In this document: positions 25,018 through 37,577 of the stretch, piece by piece | Layout: every line of letters starts with the position of its first letter | How positions within the stretch are numbered: position 1 is the stretch's first letter | NCBI RefSeq assembly: GCF_006345805.1 | Contig: NC_043003.1 | Span: 87,048,001 to 87,112,000, forward strand | Length of the DNA: 64,000 nucleotides | Source of the DNA: Octopus sinensis | Lineage: Eukaryota | Direction: 5' to 3' | Notes under the pieces: generated by a model | Databases searched by the model: none | Told to the model about the DNA's origin: nothing | The model's input: only the letters and a program-made list of their open reading frames with translations | Position numbers and translations under genes: made by a program

Positions 25018-25435
25018 GGATCTTTTCGGCTTGAACGGCAGTTTTTAACATAATTTCTAGGTAACTAAAAAAGTGTAAACTTCGTATACTGCTAGAAAGT
25101 GTTTATAACACATCTTTTCTCTTGGCTTTATTGAGAAAATTCTATAGTTTGTAAGATATTTGTAAGATATTTTCTTCAATTTTGGCAATTTCAACCAATC
25201 AATGACGTGTATTTGAGGTGAAAACATTCTGTGCCGTATGAATATGTCCCTCGTTTAAGAAACAGATTGGGTTCATTTACATTTGTGAAGAAAAAAAAGA
25301 TACCCTTCCACCCTACCCCTAACCCTAACCCTAAAACAGATTGAAATGCAATAGATCGATACTAGGGTCATAATTATGGGTGACAATTTCATATGACACC
25401 GCTAGAAAAAACTGCCGTTCAAACCAAAAAGATCC
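25018..25435. mobile_element. MITE with ~30-bp TIRs and internal (TAACCC)n
   Basis: GGATCTTTTCGGCTTGAACGGCAGTTTTT ... AAAAACTGCCGTTCAAACCAAAAAGATCC. Confidence 0.75.
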
Positions 25436-25755
25436 AAACAATGTAAATGTTGTCATTTTTTTCTTTTGTTTGAAATAGTGTTCTGTGTGTCAATTACTGA
25501 AGCTCACTGTAGGATTTATTTTCTTTTTCTTTTTTTTTTTTCATCCTAGTGTGCACAGTAGCTAAGAAATATATATATAGCACGACGGTTAGATCTCTCT
25601 ATTAGTTCGATACAACATTTACTCATCCAACCGCTCACTCAGTCAAACATGATAGTTATTCACTGTAGTTCAAAGAATTAACCCAGCCCTTTGCTACTTC
25701 TGTCAACTTACAGCTTTCAATGGACTACTAAGTATTATAAAAGCATATACTCGGA

Positions 25756-26162
25756 AGGCGGCGAGCTGGCAGAAACGTTAGCACGCCGGGCGAAATGCGT
25801 AGCCGTATTTCGTCTGCCGTTACGTTGTGAGTTCAAATTCCGCCGAGATCGACTTTGCCTTTGCCTTTGCATCCTTTCGGGGGTCGATAAATTAAGTACC
25901 AGTTACGCACTGGGGTCGATGTATTCGACTTAATACCTATGTCTGTCCTTGTTTGTTCCCTCTATGTTTAGCCCCTTGTGGGTAATAAAGAAACAGGCAT
26001 TTCGTCTGCCGTCACGTTCTGAGTTCAAATTCCGCTGAGGTCGACTTTGCCTTTGCAGCCTTTTGGGGCTACGCACTGGGGCCGATGTAATCGACTTAAT
26101 CCCATTGTCTGTCCTTGTTTGTTCCCTCTATGTTCAACCCCCTGTGGGCAATAAAGAAATAG
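25756..26162 (+). mobile_element. SINE family B dimer
   Basis: Head GGCGGCGAGCTGGCAG plus a body; a second headless body follows after AAAGAAACAGGCATTTC. Confidence 0.85.
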
Positions 26163-26534
26163 AATATTTCAGAAATGAAAGATAAAGAATAAACGAATGA
26201 TTGTAAATATTTGTTTGATAAAATATTACATGGGAACCCTTAAGAAAATATTCGAAAATAAAGGAAACATAATGAAAGCAATCACTTGTCTGGGGAAAAC
26301 GTATCAAAGCAATCATTTGTTAAGTAATCTTTACTTAGGGTTTTTCTCCCCAAAGCAGATTATTTGTTCTGATTAAATTACCTCTACTTAAAACATTTTG
26401 TAACTAAAGCAATGTGCTTAAGCAACTTCAGACAAAATAGCCTTCAAATTCCTGAGAACATTGCAGCCTTGTTCACATTTAGCATTTGCTCAGTGGTTTC
26501 ATGGCCAAACAAAAATGGTTTTCTTTTTATTGTT

Positions 26535-26691
26535 ACGTGTGGCAGTGTGGTAAGAAGCTTGCTTCACAGCCACATGGTTCCGGGTTCAGTCCCGCTGCGT
26601 GCCACTTTGGGCAAGTGGCTTCTACTATAGCCTCGGGCTGACCAAAACATTATGAGTGGATTTAGTAGACGGAAACTGAAAGAAGCCCTTC

Positions 26692-26722
<31 letters not shown>

Positions 26723-26945
26723 AGTGTGTTTGTGTGAGTGTGTGAGTGTGTGTGTGTGTGTGTGTGTTTCTGCCTGTGTTTCTCTCCCCACCATCGCTTG
26801 ATAACCGGTGTTGGTGTGTCTGCGTCACCGTATCTTAGCGGTTCGGCAAAAGAGATCTATAGAATAAGTACTAGGCTTAATTCATTCGACTAAAAAAAAA
26901 CCAAAACAAGGCCGCAATCTAATGACTGAAATAAGTAAAAGGTAA
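26535..26945 (+). mobile_element. tRNA-derived SINE, family C (internal microsatellite)
   Basis: A box TGGCAGTGTGG, B box GGTTCAGTCC, CORE-like TTGGGCAAGTG, internal (TG)n and GTAAAAG tail. Confidence 0.8.
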
Positions 26946-27144
26946 AAGATTAATATGAAAAAGAAAGAAATCTATGAAGTAATGACACTGACTTTCCGGA
27001 TAGCGATGGTCTGGAACCTCTTAAAATCGCACTAGCTTACGAGCAGGAACGAGCGGTCGCTGGACTAGTTTACTGGTACCTTGCACAGTCATTATTGATA
27101 AATTTGTATCATATATACTAAATGAAATACAGATATCTGTATCT

Positions 27145-27361
27145 TTTATTTTTTACTTCTTTCAGTGATCCGATTGCGGCCTTACTGGAGCACAGTCTTG
27201 AAAGGTTTTAGTCGAATAGATTTACTCAAAAACTTTTTTTAAAAGCCTAGCACTTATTCTATCGGTGTCTTTTGCCGAACCACTAAGTTACGGGGACGTA
27301 AACGCACCAACACCAGTTGTCAGACACAAAGACACACACACATACATATACATATACAAAA

Positions 27362-27395
<34 letters not shown>

Positions 27396-27530
27396 CAAGC
27401 TTCTTTCAGTTTCTGTCTACCAAATACACTCACAAGGCTTTGGTTGGCTCGAGGCTATAATAGAAGACACTCGCCCAAGGTGCTACGCAGTGGGACTGAA
27501 CTCAGAACCATGTGGTTAGGAAGCACACAG
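27145..27530 (-). mobile_element. SINE family C
   Basis: Reverse-complement match to 30359-30790. Confidence 0.75.
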
Positions 27531-27679
27531 TAACACCTTTATGAAAATTTAATATTTGTTTAACTTAGAGGGCGACTAGACCCATTTTCGAAAAATTAGG
27601 AAACTAGATTAGTTTTGGAACCAAAGGAAAATCGATGTTATCCGTATATTTTACTGGAATGTTGTACAACAACAACTAA

Positions 27680-28468
27680 AGGGCGGCGAGCTGGCTGAAT
27701 CGTTCGCACGCCGGGCGAAATGCTTAGCAGTATTTCGTCTGCCGCTACTTTCTGAGTTCAAATTCCGCCGCGGTCGACTTTGCCTTTCATCCTTTCGGGG
27801 TCGATTAAATAAGTACCAGTTACGCACTGGGGTCAATATAATCGACTTAATCCGTTTGTCTGTCCTTGTTTGTCCTCTCTGTGTTTAGCCCCTTGTGGGT
27901 AGTAAAGATATAGGTATTTCATATGTCTTTACGTTCAGAGTTCAAATTCCGCCGAGGTCGACTTTGCCTTTCATCCTTTCGGGGTCGATTAAATAAGTAC
28001 CAGTTATGCACTGGGTTCGATATAATCGACTTAATCCGTTTGTCTGTCGTTGTTTGTCCTCTCTGTGTTTAGCCCTTTGTGGGTAGTAAAGACATAGGTA
28101 TTTCGTCTGCCGTTACGTTCTGAGTTCAAATTCCGCCGAGGTCGACTTTGCCTTTCATCCTTTCGGGGTCGATTAAATAAGTACCAGTTACGCACTGGGG
28201 TCAATATAATCGACTTAATCCGTTTGTCTGTCCTTGTTTGTCCTCTCTGTGTTTAGCCCCTTGTGGGTAGTAAAGAAATAGGTATTTCATTTGTCTTTAC
28301 GTTCAGAGTTCAAATTCCGCCGAGGTCGACTTTGCCTTTCATCCTTTCGGAGTCGATTAAATAAGTACCAGTTATGCACTGGGGTCGATATAATCGACTT
28401 AATCCGTTTGTCTGTCATTGTTTGTCCTCTCTGTGTTTAGCCCCTTGTGGGTAGTAAAGAAATAGGTA
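27680..28468 (+). repeat. SINE family B tandem array: one head plus four ~184-bp bodies in ABAB order
   Basis: Units start TATTTC at ~27731, 27914, 28099 and 28283. Units 1/3 and 2/4 share diagnostic variants. Confidence 0.9.
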
Positions 28469-28469
28469 T

Positions 28470-30100
28470 AACAATTAAAGGCTTTTAAAATTGCGTTGCA
28501 GATACAAAATATGTGAATGGATTTCATCTCGAAGAATATGTACTAAAGAATGTAGGACCTGAAACCGCTCAGTTGTTTAAACAAGAAAAACAATCTACTA
28601 ATGTAATTAGCAGTATGTCTCCGTCTCCCTGTTTGTCCGTCTCTGTGGTATAAACAAGACAGGTAATAAACTACTAAGGTAATTTTACTATGTCTCAATT
28701 TCCGGAAACACTGGTAAGCTAAGCTATTATAACTTCAGGGTATGTATTTCGTTGAAACCCTATCAAGTCATTTGACTAAGAAATGTACATAAGTTGAACT
28801 GTTAACATATTATCATTTGTATGTAGTTACACATACAAACATGTAAGTGTGTGTGTGCATTCAGCTATAATAAAAACAATTTTACAATAATCTGATACGT
28901 ATAAGTCTTATACTTTTGTAGAGTACAAATTTATTATCCTCAAACAAGAATATTATTGATAGTGACTTCAAAGTTTCGGTTAGTTAAGCCATCGTCGCTC
29001 TGACGAGTCTACCAACTTATAAAAAGGATTAAATAACTGAAGGATTCCTTTCGAAACAACTTCACTTTAGGTCTTAGATAAAGGATGCTATTTCATTTTC
29101 GGATATGACAGTAATCAAATTAGAATGTTTTTGATATCAGATCAACTTGGATATTGTTTTTAATGTTCAACTGTTTTCTGTACTTTGCTCTCAAATTCAC
29201 AAGTGTAGAAATTACTTATTCGCAAGAGTAGCTTGTTGAAAAAGGCATTTATATTTTTGTCTTTTTCTCAAATACAACAGTGAAAACGCTTCCAGTTTTC
29301 AGAGACCTTCCATGTTTTGAAATTCTGTGAGTACTTTATCCTTGGATCGAAGTTTATGAAGTATCCGCACTGATCCTTAGGATTTTCAAGCACATCGTCA
29401 ATTTTATAGTTATAAGGATTCGCAGCTCGACCAAAAAGTATGTAAATTAAGGTCTAGAATGTAATAAGAGAACCGCTGCCTGAGTCTGAACTTGTAACTG
29501 ACTCCTAGCTGTTACCAAGACTGATTTCCTCACAATATCCTAAAATCATTGCTAGATTTGGAATAGTAACTGTTTTGTTTCAATTTACTTTCTAGTTCAA
29601 GTACAGAAAAACTTTAGCTCAAATGTTGATATATTTATCTGTGCTAAAACGACATTGATGTTTTATCCATTATAATTCCTTGTTAAATGAAATGACATGC
29701 TCAAAAGATATCACACTTAACACAGAAATGAGTCAACCAAATGAAGTTTCTGAATTAATCTGCAAGGACATGTTTTTGTTGCAACTGATTTTTAAAAAAT
29801 TTCAATTGTAAGAGCTCAAACACTATTGAGGATTTCTCCATATGATGTCATAAAGAGGCCTGAGAATAATGTTTACTTCATCTCCACATAAATTACGAAA
29901 CAGCTGTGTATATAATGGACAGCGATAATCTTCAGTACATTATTAGCTTAGATTCCATTTGCTTTACCACCAATCATTGGTGATGAATAATATGAGCTTA
30001 GGTTCTACTTTTTGCCTGATCCATGCAATCATTGGTGGATGGAGCGCCGTCAACAGATAATTCAATGCAATCTATTCATTTCAAATCAACGTATGACGTT
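28470..30100 (-). pseudogene. Possible highly decayed LRR / Toll-like receptor remnant
   Basis: Minus-strand peptides ILDLNL (~29450), EFQNMEGL*KLEAFSL (~29300), SNLITVISEN...ERNP (~29120-29045) and ILRDEIHSHILYLQRNF (~28510); NNKKKTIFV further downstream (~26520). Many stops. Confidence 0.3.
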
Positions 30101-30358
30101 TGGAAATATGAATTAACTTTTGCATCGGTCAAAATGCCATTCGGTATTTCTTAAACCTCTTTAAGTTCTGAGTTCAAATTTCGCCAAGGTCAACTTTACT
30201 TTTCCTCCCTCACAGTACCAGTCAAATATTGAAGTCGATGATATCGACTAACTTCCTCGCTTCAAAATTGCTGACCTTACTCCAAATTAGAAGAATATGA
30301 ATTACTTTCAAAGTTTGGGTTCTGATTTTTTTTTTGTTACCAGAGCAGGAGTGGCTAT

Positions 30359-30790
30359 AGGCGCAGGAGTGGCTGTGTGGTAAGTAGCTTGCTAACCAAC
30401 CACATGGTTCCGGGTTCAGTCCCACTGCGTGGCATCTTGGGCAAGTGTCTTCTGCTATAGACCCGGGCCGACCAATGCCTTGTGAGTGGATTTGTTAGAC
30501 GGAAGCCGAAAGAAGCCTGTCGTATATATGTATATATATATATATATATATGTGTATGTGTGTGTGTGTTTGTGTCTGTGTTTGTCCCCCTAGCATTGCT
30601 TGACAACCGATGCTGGTGTGTTTACGTCCCCGTCACTTAGCGGTTCGGCAAAAGAGACCGATAGAATAAGTACTGGGCTTACAAAGAATAAGTCCCGGGG
30701 TCGATTTACTCGACTAAAGGCGGTGCTCCAGCATGGCCGCAGTCAAATGACTGAAACAAGTAAAAGAGTAAAAGAGAGAGTAAAGAGAGC
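30359..30790 (+). mobile_element. SINE family C, full length
   Basis: AGGCGCAGGAGTGGCTGTGTGGTAAG...GGTTCAGTCCC...GGTGCTCCAGCATGGCCGCAGTCAAATGACTGAAACAAGTAAAAGAG. Confidence 0.9.
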
Positions 30791-30949
30791 CATAAAACCA
30801 TTAACATTAGGCTGGAACGCCGTCAAGAGAGAACCCATGACAATCTGTTCATTTCAAATCAAAGCATGATGTTTAGAAATATAATCAATGTTTCAGAAGA
30901 CATCAACTCCACGTGATCTCAACTCAAGCGAAGAACAGACCAGTTATTC

Positions 30950-31300
30950 TTAATAGCATCAGAATTCATATCAGGATACATGCCATCAGTTGTGAATTGC
31001 TACTGACATCTGTAATCTCATCAAATTCTACAGCAAAATCTTTGCTTTCTTTATATGAAGAAATCAAATGCAGCTTTCTTGTTTCTTTTTAATTTCCCCT
31101 CTTTTCAACAGCTATTTCCCATTTCTCATATAATTCCTTCAGTTTATAACAGAGACATGAGTAATTTGTCAAAGTATTTCTTCCATCGATACTTTTTGAA
31201 ATATTCTAAACGCTGCGGTTTCAGTTATCCTTTGTTCTCTGTTTATGAAATTTAGAAAATCTGCCTGGTATTTTAATTTCTTCCCTGACGCCATCATTTT
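30950..31300 (-). mobile_element. Decayed hAT (Buster/ZBED5-type) transposase fragment
   Basis: MMASGKKLKYQADFLNF N-terminus and KDFAVEFDEITDVSSNSQLMA (DESTD-like first catalytic Asp motif). Confidence 0.6.
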
Positions 31301-31417
31301 TCAAAGTTAAGAGTCAATTGATAAAAAGAATAAAAAAACTTATATATGAACATTTTAAATGAACTTAGAGGAAAATACAAAAATTTATATAACGCCATTT
31401 TTTGTATTTTTTTTGTA

Positions 31418-31868
31418 ATATACGGAATGACCACAGATGGAATGCCTGTAAGCATAAATCTGTACAGTTATCGGGGCCGAGATTGTTAAACGGTACACCA
31501 GCGAGTACAGCTGTTGTAGTCTTGTTTATTAAAGCAACAACGACGACTACTACTACGATGAAGATGGCGACGGTGGCGGCGAGAGCCTGTTGGTCACGGT
31601 TCTGTGGGTCAGAGTAAACCATCCAAAATAGGGTAAAATAGACAAATACAGCTTTGTCAAATGCCATATAACATAAATTCCTGATTTATTAAAATTATTT
31701 CCACATCGTAGGTGCAGAAGTGGCTGTGTGATAAGTAGCTTGCTTACCAACCACATGGTTCTGGGTTCACTCCCACTGCGTGGCACCTTGGGCAAGTGTC
31801 TTCTACTATAGCCTCGGGCCGACCAAAGCCTTGTGAGTGGATTTGGTAGACAGAAACTGAAAGAATCC
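31418..31868. repeat. Inverted segmental duplicate of ~35037-35490 (unique sequence plus SINE C head)
   Basis: Near-identical reverse complement; visible as shared ORF text NACKHKSVQLS.PRLLNGTPAST on opposite strands. Confidence 0.9.
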
Positions 31869-32080
31869 TCTAATTGACCAGACATGAGATGATTTTCAGC
31901 TGAAACTGGTCTTAATTGCATTTTGATAAAGTAAAAAGTAAAAATCAGTTTCTTTCGACTTTTAAGCCATTAAGACCATTCTAAATAGGGGAAAACACAC
32001 ATATATAAATGTGTATATATATATATAATAAATAACAGGAACCAAGAGGTGGAACGAAACGACGAATCGGAACGAATGTA

Positions 32081-32956
32081 CGAGCTCTGATCAATAAGTA
32101 TCCGGATTGTTGGTATAATAAGAAAGCTAAAGCACACAGAGTGATGTCGCTTAGCAGCGATTGACCTTGAACTCTGTTGTGTATGCAGACAAAGTTTTAA
32201 CGTTCTAGCTCATTTCGCTGTTTACAGCAGTGGTTGGAAGGAAGGTATGTAGCGTGTCATCGTCGCATTGACCATGACAGAGAAAGTTGTCCTGGCGATA
32301 CCTGCTCAGAGGCCCACGCAAGGTTGCAGAAAGTGTATGGAGGCGAGTGAATGATCTGCACACATGTGTACGGATGGTTCAGATGTTTTCAATACGGCCG
32401 AAAATAATGTCGATATTGACGAACGTTCTGGGAGACATGTAACCAGCAGAACTGAGAAAAATATTACAGATGTGAGTGCAAATATGAGGGGAAATCGTCG
32501 AATTACCATCCGTGAGTTATCAGAAGATGTGCAGATTAGTTACGGTTCAGTTCAGTCTATTATCACTGAAGACTTGGGTATGAGACGCGTGTCTACCAAG
32601 TCTGTGCCAAAACTGCTTTCAGATGACCAAAAAGACACTCGGATTTCCCTTGACTGTGTCGAGAACGATGAAAACTTTTTTGAAAACGTTACGTAAGCTT
32701 CTTATCAGGTATTGCCAGGCTTTTGGCAAAATTTGATGCATATTCTCTGCTCAACTTTCTCTGTCATGGTCAATGTGACGATTACACGCTACACACCTTC
32801 CTTCCAAGCACTGCTGTAAACAGCGGAAGTAAGATAGAACATTAAAACTTAGTGCACATGCACAGCAGAGTTCCAGGTCAATCTCTGCCAAGGGGCTTTA
32901 CTCGGCGTGTTTTAGCTTCGTTACAAAGGCAACAGTCCGGATACTTATTGATCAGA

Positions 32957-32958
<2 letters not shown>
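32081..32958 (+). mobile_element. Internally deleted mariner with ~200-bp TIRs
   Basis: TA|CGAGCTCTGATCAATAAGTATCCGG ... CCGGATACTTATTGATCAGACC; internal HTH DERSGR...RRITIRELSEDVQISYGSVQSIITEDLGMRRVSTKSVPKLL. Confidence 0.85.
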
Positions 32959-32993
<35 letters not shown>

Positions 32994-33071
32994 ACACACA
33001 CAGTAGCTGAGTATCTCACCGTTGCCGGGCAGTTTTCCCAATACAATGCCGTTATTAGACACACTAACATA

Positions 33072-33103
<32 letters not shown>

Positions 33104-33115
33104 TACACACACACA

Positions 33116-33146
<31 letters not shown>

Positions 33147-33754
33147 CCACACACACACATACACAAATATACACACACTCAACATGGTCGGGGTGGGGAG
33201 AGATCTTTTCTGTTGTCACAGATTTAGAAATTTAAGATAAAGGGAAAATTTTCAATTTTGGTATATTGATGTACTTTTTCATGCTGAATCCGATTTTCTG
33301 ATTCATTTGTTCCAGAAAAAAAAATGTCACAGAATTTTAAAGTTCGATAATTTTTAACCAATCAGAAAATAGAATTTTAGAGCTAGGATTTTCTACAACA
33401 AATTTTCAGTCAATATGAGCATCTCATTATTTCCTGATTAAATGCTCAAGAAGGACGATGAGATGACTGATATTTCAAACCATATGATAAAACGCCTCAC
33501 AGTATTTCCTAAAACCCTTTAAGTTCTGATTTCAAATTTTGCCGAGGTCAACTTTACTTTTGATCCCTCAGAGGTTGATGAAATAAAGTACCAGTCAAAT
33601 ACTGGAGTCGATGGTATCTACTTACTTCCTCCTCTCGAAATTTCTGGCTTACTTTTAAATTAGAAAACATCATTACATCCTCATCAGTAAGTGTGAGAAA
33701 AATGTATCTCCTGCCGCGTGGATTACTCCCAACGCAAATTACCAGGACTGTTCT

Positions 33755-34989
33755 TTTATTCTTTTACTTGTGTCAGTCATTTGATTACGGCCATGCTGAA
33801 GAAGTGCCTTGAAGGGTTTTAGTCGAAGAAATCGATCCCAGGACTTATTCTTTGTAAGCTTAGCACTTATTCTATCGGTCTTTCTTGCCGAACCGCTAAG
33901 TTACGGGGACATAAACACACCAACATCGGTTGTCAAGCGACGGCGGGAGAACAAACACACATACATACATTCATATATATACATATGCACACACACACAC
34001 ACACATATATATAGCCTGAGGCTATAGTGGCAGATACTTGCCCAAGGTGCCACGCAGTGGGACTGAACCTGGAACCATGTAGTTGTGAAGTTAGCTTCTT
34101 ACCACACACCCACACCTGCGCCGATAAATGTTTCCTTTTTCTTTTTTTTTTTTTTTTTGGCTACTGGAGAAAAGGTCGGTTAACTGTTGTGAGCATGACG
34201 GTTATTGAGTCAGAAACACGTGTCAATGACCGTCCTTTTATCTCCAGACAATAAGCATGTCATTTTCCTCAATGGTATGTCAATTTTAAAGAATTTTTCA
34301 TACTTGAGATGATTTTCAGCTGAAACTGGTCTTAATTGCATTTTGATAATTATGAAAAATCCTTTAGATCTTTTATTTCTATTCTTATTTTTTTACTTGT
34401 TTCAGCCATTAGAATGCGGCCATGCTGGGGCATCGCTTTGGAGAATTTTTAGTCGAACGAATCGACCCCAGTACTTTCTTCTTTTAAGCCTGGTACTTAT
34501 GCTATCGGTCTCTTCTTACAGAACCGCTAGGTTACAGGGGCGTAAATGCACCAGCACCGGTTGTGAAGTGGTGGTGGGGGACCAACACACACACACACAC
34601 ACACACACATATTCGACAGGCTTCTCTTTGTTTCCGTCTCCCAAATCCTCTCACAAGGCTTTGGTCGGTCCCAGGCTATAGTAGAAGACACTTGCCCAAG
34701 GTGCCACGCAGTGTGATTAAACCCAGTCATAACACGCAGCCACGCCTACGATTACTCGTTACTCTTTTACTCTTTTACTTGTTTCAGGCATTTGACTGCG
34801 GCCATGCTGGAGCACCGCTTTTTAGTCGAGCAAATCGACCCCAGCACTTATTTGTTGTAAGCCTAGTACTTATTCTATCGGTCTCTTTTATGCCGAACCG
34901 CTAAGTGACGGGGACGTAAACATACCAGCATCGGTTGTCGAGCGATGTTGGGAGGACAAACACAGACACACAAACACACAAACACGCAC

Positions 34990-35022
<33 letters not shown>

Positions 35023-35193
35023 ACATATACACGACAGGATTCTTTCAGTTTCCGTCTACCAAATCCACTCACAAGGCTTTGGTCGGCCCGAGGCTATAGT
35101 AGAAGACACTTGCCCAAGGTGCCATGCAGTGGGAGTGAACCCAGAACCATATGGTTGGTAAGCAAGCTACTTACCACACAGCCACGCCTGCAC
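33755..35193 (-). mobile_element. Three SINE family C copies (~33755-34120, 34395-34750, 34765-35193)
   Basis: Each is a reverse-complement match to the family C tail and/or head. Confidence 0.8.
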
Positions 35194-35632
35194 CTACGAT
35201 GTGGAAATAATTTTAATAAATCAGGAATTTATGTTATATGGCATTTGACAAAGCTGTATTTGTCTATTTTACCCTATTTTAGATGGTTTACTCTGACCCA
35301 CAGAACCGTGACTAACAGGCTCTCGCCGCCACCGTCGCCATCTTCATCGTAGTAGTAGTCGTCGTTGTTGCTTTAATAAACAAGACTACAACAGCTGTAC
35401 TCGCTGGTGTACCGTTTAACAATCTCGGCCTCGATAACTGTACAGATTTATGTTTACAGGCATTCCAGCTGTGGCCATTCCGTATATTATATATCAGAGA
35501 CAATATTTGTCTAATGTATCCTTCTTTATTAAAGACAATAGCGTGTAATTCTAGAGAAATTAGGTTGAACATACTAGCAGGTCTAGTGATCACGTAGAGC
35601 TTTCGTCGGTGTTGTTTAACCAGTAGCCTGTC

Positions 35633-35940
35633 TGGAGGCACGTGGCCTAGTGGTTAGAGCAGCGGACTCGCGGTCGAGGGATCGCGGATTCGAATCTCAG
35701 ACCGGACGATGTGTGTGTTTATGAGCGAAACACCTAAGCTCCAGGCGGCTCCAGCAGAAGGTAATGGCGAAACTTCTGCTGACTCTTTCACCACAACTTT
35801 CTCTCACTCTTTCCTCCTGCATCTTGCAGCTCACCTGCGATAGACCGGCGTCCCGTCCAGGTGGGGAACCTATACACCAAGGAAACCGGGAAACCGGCCC
35901 TTATGAGCCAGGCATGGCTCGAGAAGGAACAAAAACAAAA
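35633..35940 (+). mobile_element. SINE family A variant
   Basis: TGGAGGCACGTGGCCTAGTGGTTAGAGCAGCGGACTCGCGG head, A-rich tail, AGTAGCCTG repeated on both sides. Confidence 0.8.
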
Positions 35941-36759
35941 GCAAAGTAGCCTGCTCTAATTGAGCAGACATGATCAACGACAGCGTTCCAACCATGACAA
36001 GCCAATCTTTCTCTACACCAGAGATTATACGGCACGATGTACACCTATTTTTAAGATTAAATGGTATAATATGAGGAAATTGACTTTTGTTTCTTGCAGG
36101 TCGAATGACCATGCAGAGGTTCCTTCTTGGCTTGTTGATATTGAAATTGTCTTTGTAGTTGCTTTTGATGTTGTAACTGCTGGTTTTGTTGTTGCTGAAC
36201 TAATTGGTATTCCTATTGTTGTGTTAATTATTGTTGCTGTCGTTGTTATCCCTGGGTAATTGTTTGAGCCGTCGTCGTCGTCGTCATGTGACAACTGTTG
36301 TATACTATACCTGCTTGTCTATTCAATCCGTTTAATGGTCGTTCTGCTTGACTAAATCAATACTATGTAAATAATGAATTCAATATTAGCATGACCTAAA
36401 AATACGCGAGATAAACTTCTACTGATACAGACTTGTACACCCAGGATTTGTTGTTTAGAACTTCATTTTTATTAAGTAAAAAACGAAGTAAAAGAAGCGA
36501 TCGTTAGTTTTAGGTACATAAAACTAACTGCTACGATTGATAAAGCAAATCAATCTAAGAAAAATAAAGCAAAAAATAGTCTTGGGTATCCTGAATAAGC
36601 AAAACGATTATACGAGCGTTTAAAAGTAAAAGTCAATTATCAAAAGCCATTTTCTTTAACTTTTTGAATTTTCCAAGAAATTTCTTGAATCTTTTGAAGC
36701 TACTAGGCTAGCATCGTAAAAAATAAAACATTATCTCTCTATATACGTATATGTATGTG

Positions 36760-36870
<111 letters not shown>

Positions 36871-36984
36871 TACATACATACCATACATACATACATACCA
36901 TACATACATACATATATACATATATATATAATATATATATATCTATATTCAAAAGTCGGGTTCACTATTTAAAAAAATTTTTTA

Positions 36985-37206
36985 ATGCCCACAAGGGGCT
37001 AAACATAGAGGGGACAAACAAGGGCAGACAAAGGGATTAAGTCGATAACATCGACTCCAGTGCGTATCTGGTACTTAATTTATCGATCCCGAAAGGATGA
37101 AAGGCAAAGTCGACCTCGGTAGAATTTGAATTCAGAACGTAGAGACAGACGAAATACCAATAAGCATTTCGCCCAGCGTGCTAACGTTTCTGCCAGCTCG
37201 CCGCCC
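36985..37206 (-). mobile_element. SINE family B
   Basis: Matches the family B sequence at 331-562. Confidence 0.85.
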
Positions 37207-37577
37207 TTTCCTATTTTATAGTGAAATGTCCGGAGTGGCTATCGTGTTCTTGATGTCAGGGTTACTATTTTATAGTGATGTCGATTAAGTGACATCCTAT
37301 AATTCAATAAGCATGAGCGAAGGAGTGGTCCCCATCTTGTACGTAATGACAAGAAAATAAGACTTTGCGAGACGTTTGTAATAAGTCATGACGTATTTAT
37401 TACCGGAGGTTATAGGTTAACATATAAGGTTAATTGAAGGAAAACCTTGTGACATCACATGAACATATTCTTTTGCGACCACGTCTCCAAGCAACGAGGC
37501 AAACATACGCGCGTGCGGGTGTGTATGCGAGTGGACAGACTCAATGTATGTCGAAGAATCAACAGGCAATGAATGAA

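Noticed and set aside
25310-25335. Telomere or interstitial telomeric site
   Set aside because: Only 2-3 TAACCC units, and they are internal to a MITE.
27680-28468. CRISPR-like or ribozyme-containing array
   Set aside because: There are no unique spacers and no CUGANGA/GAAA core; the units are SINE bodies.
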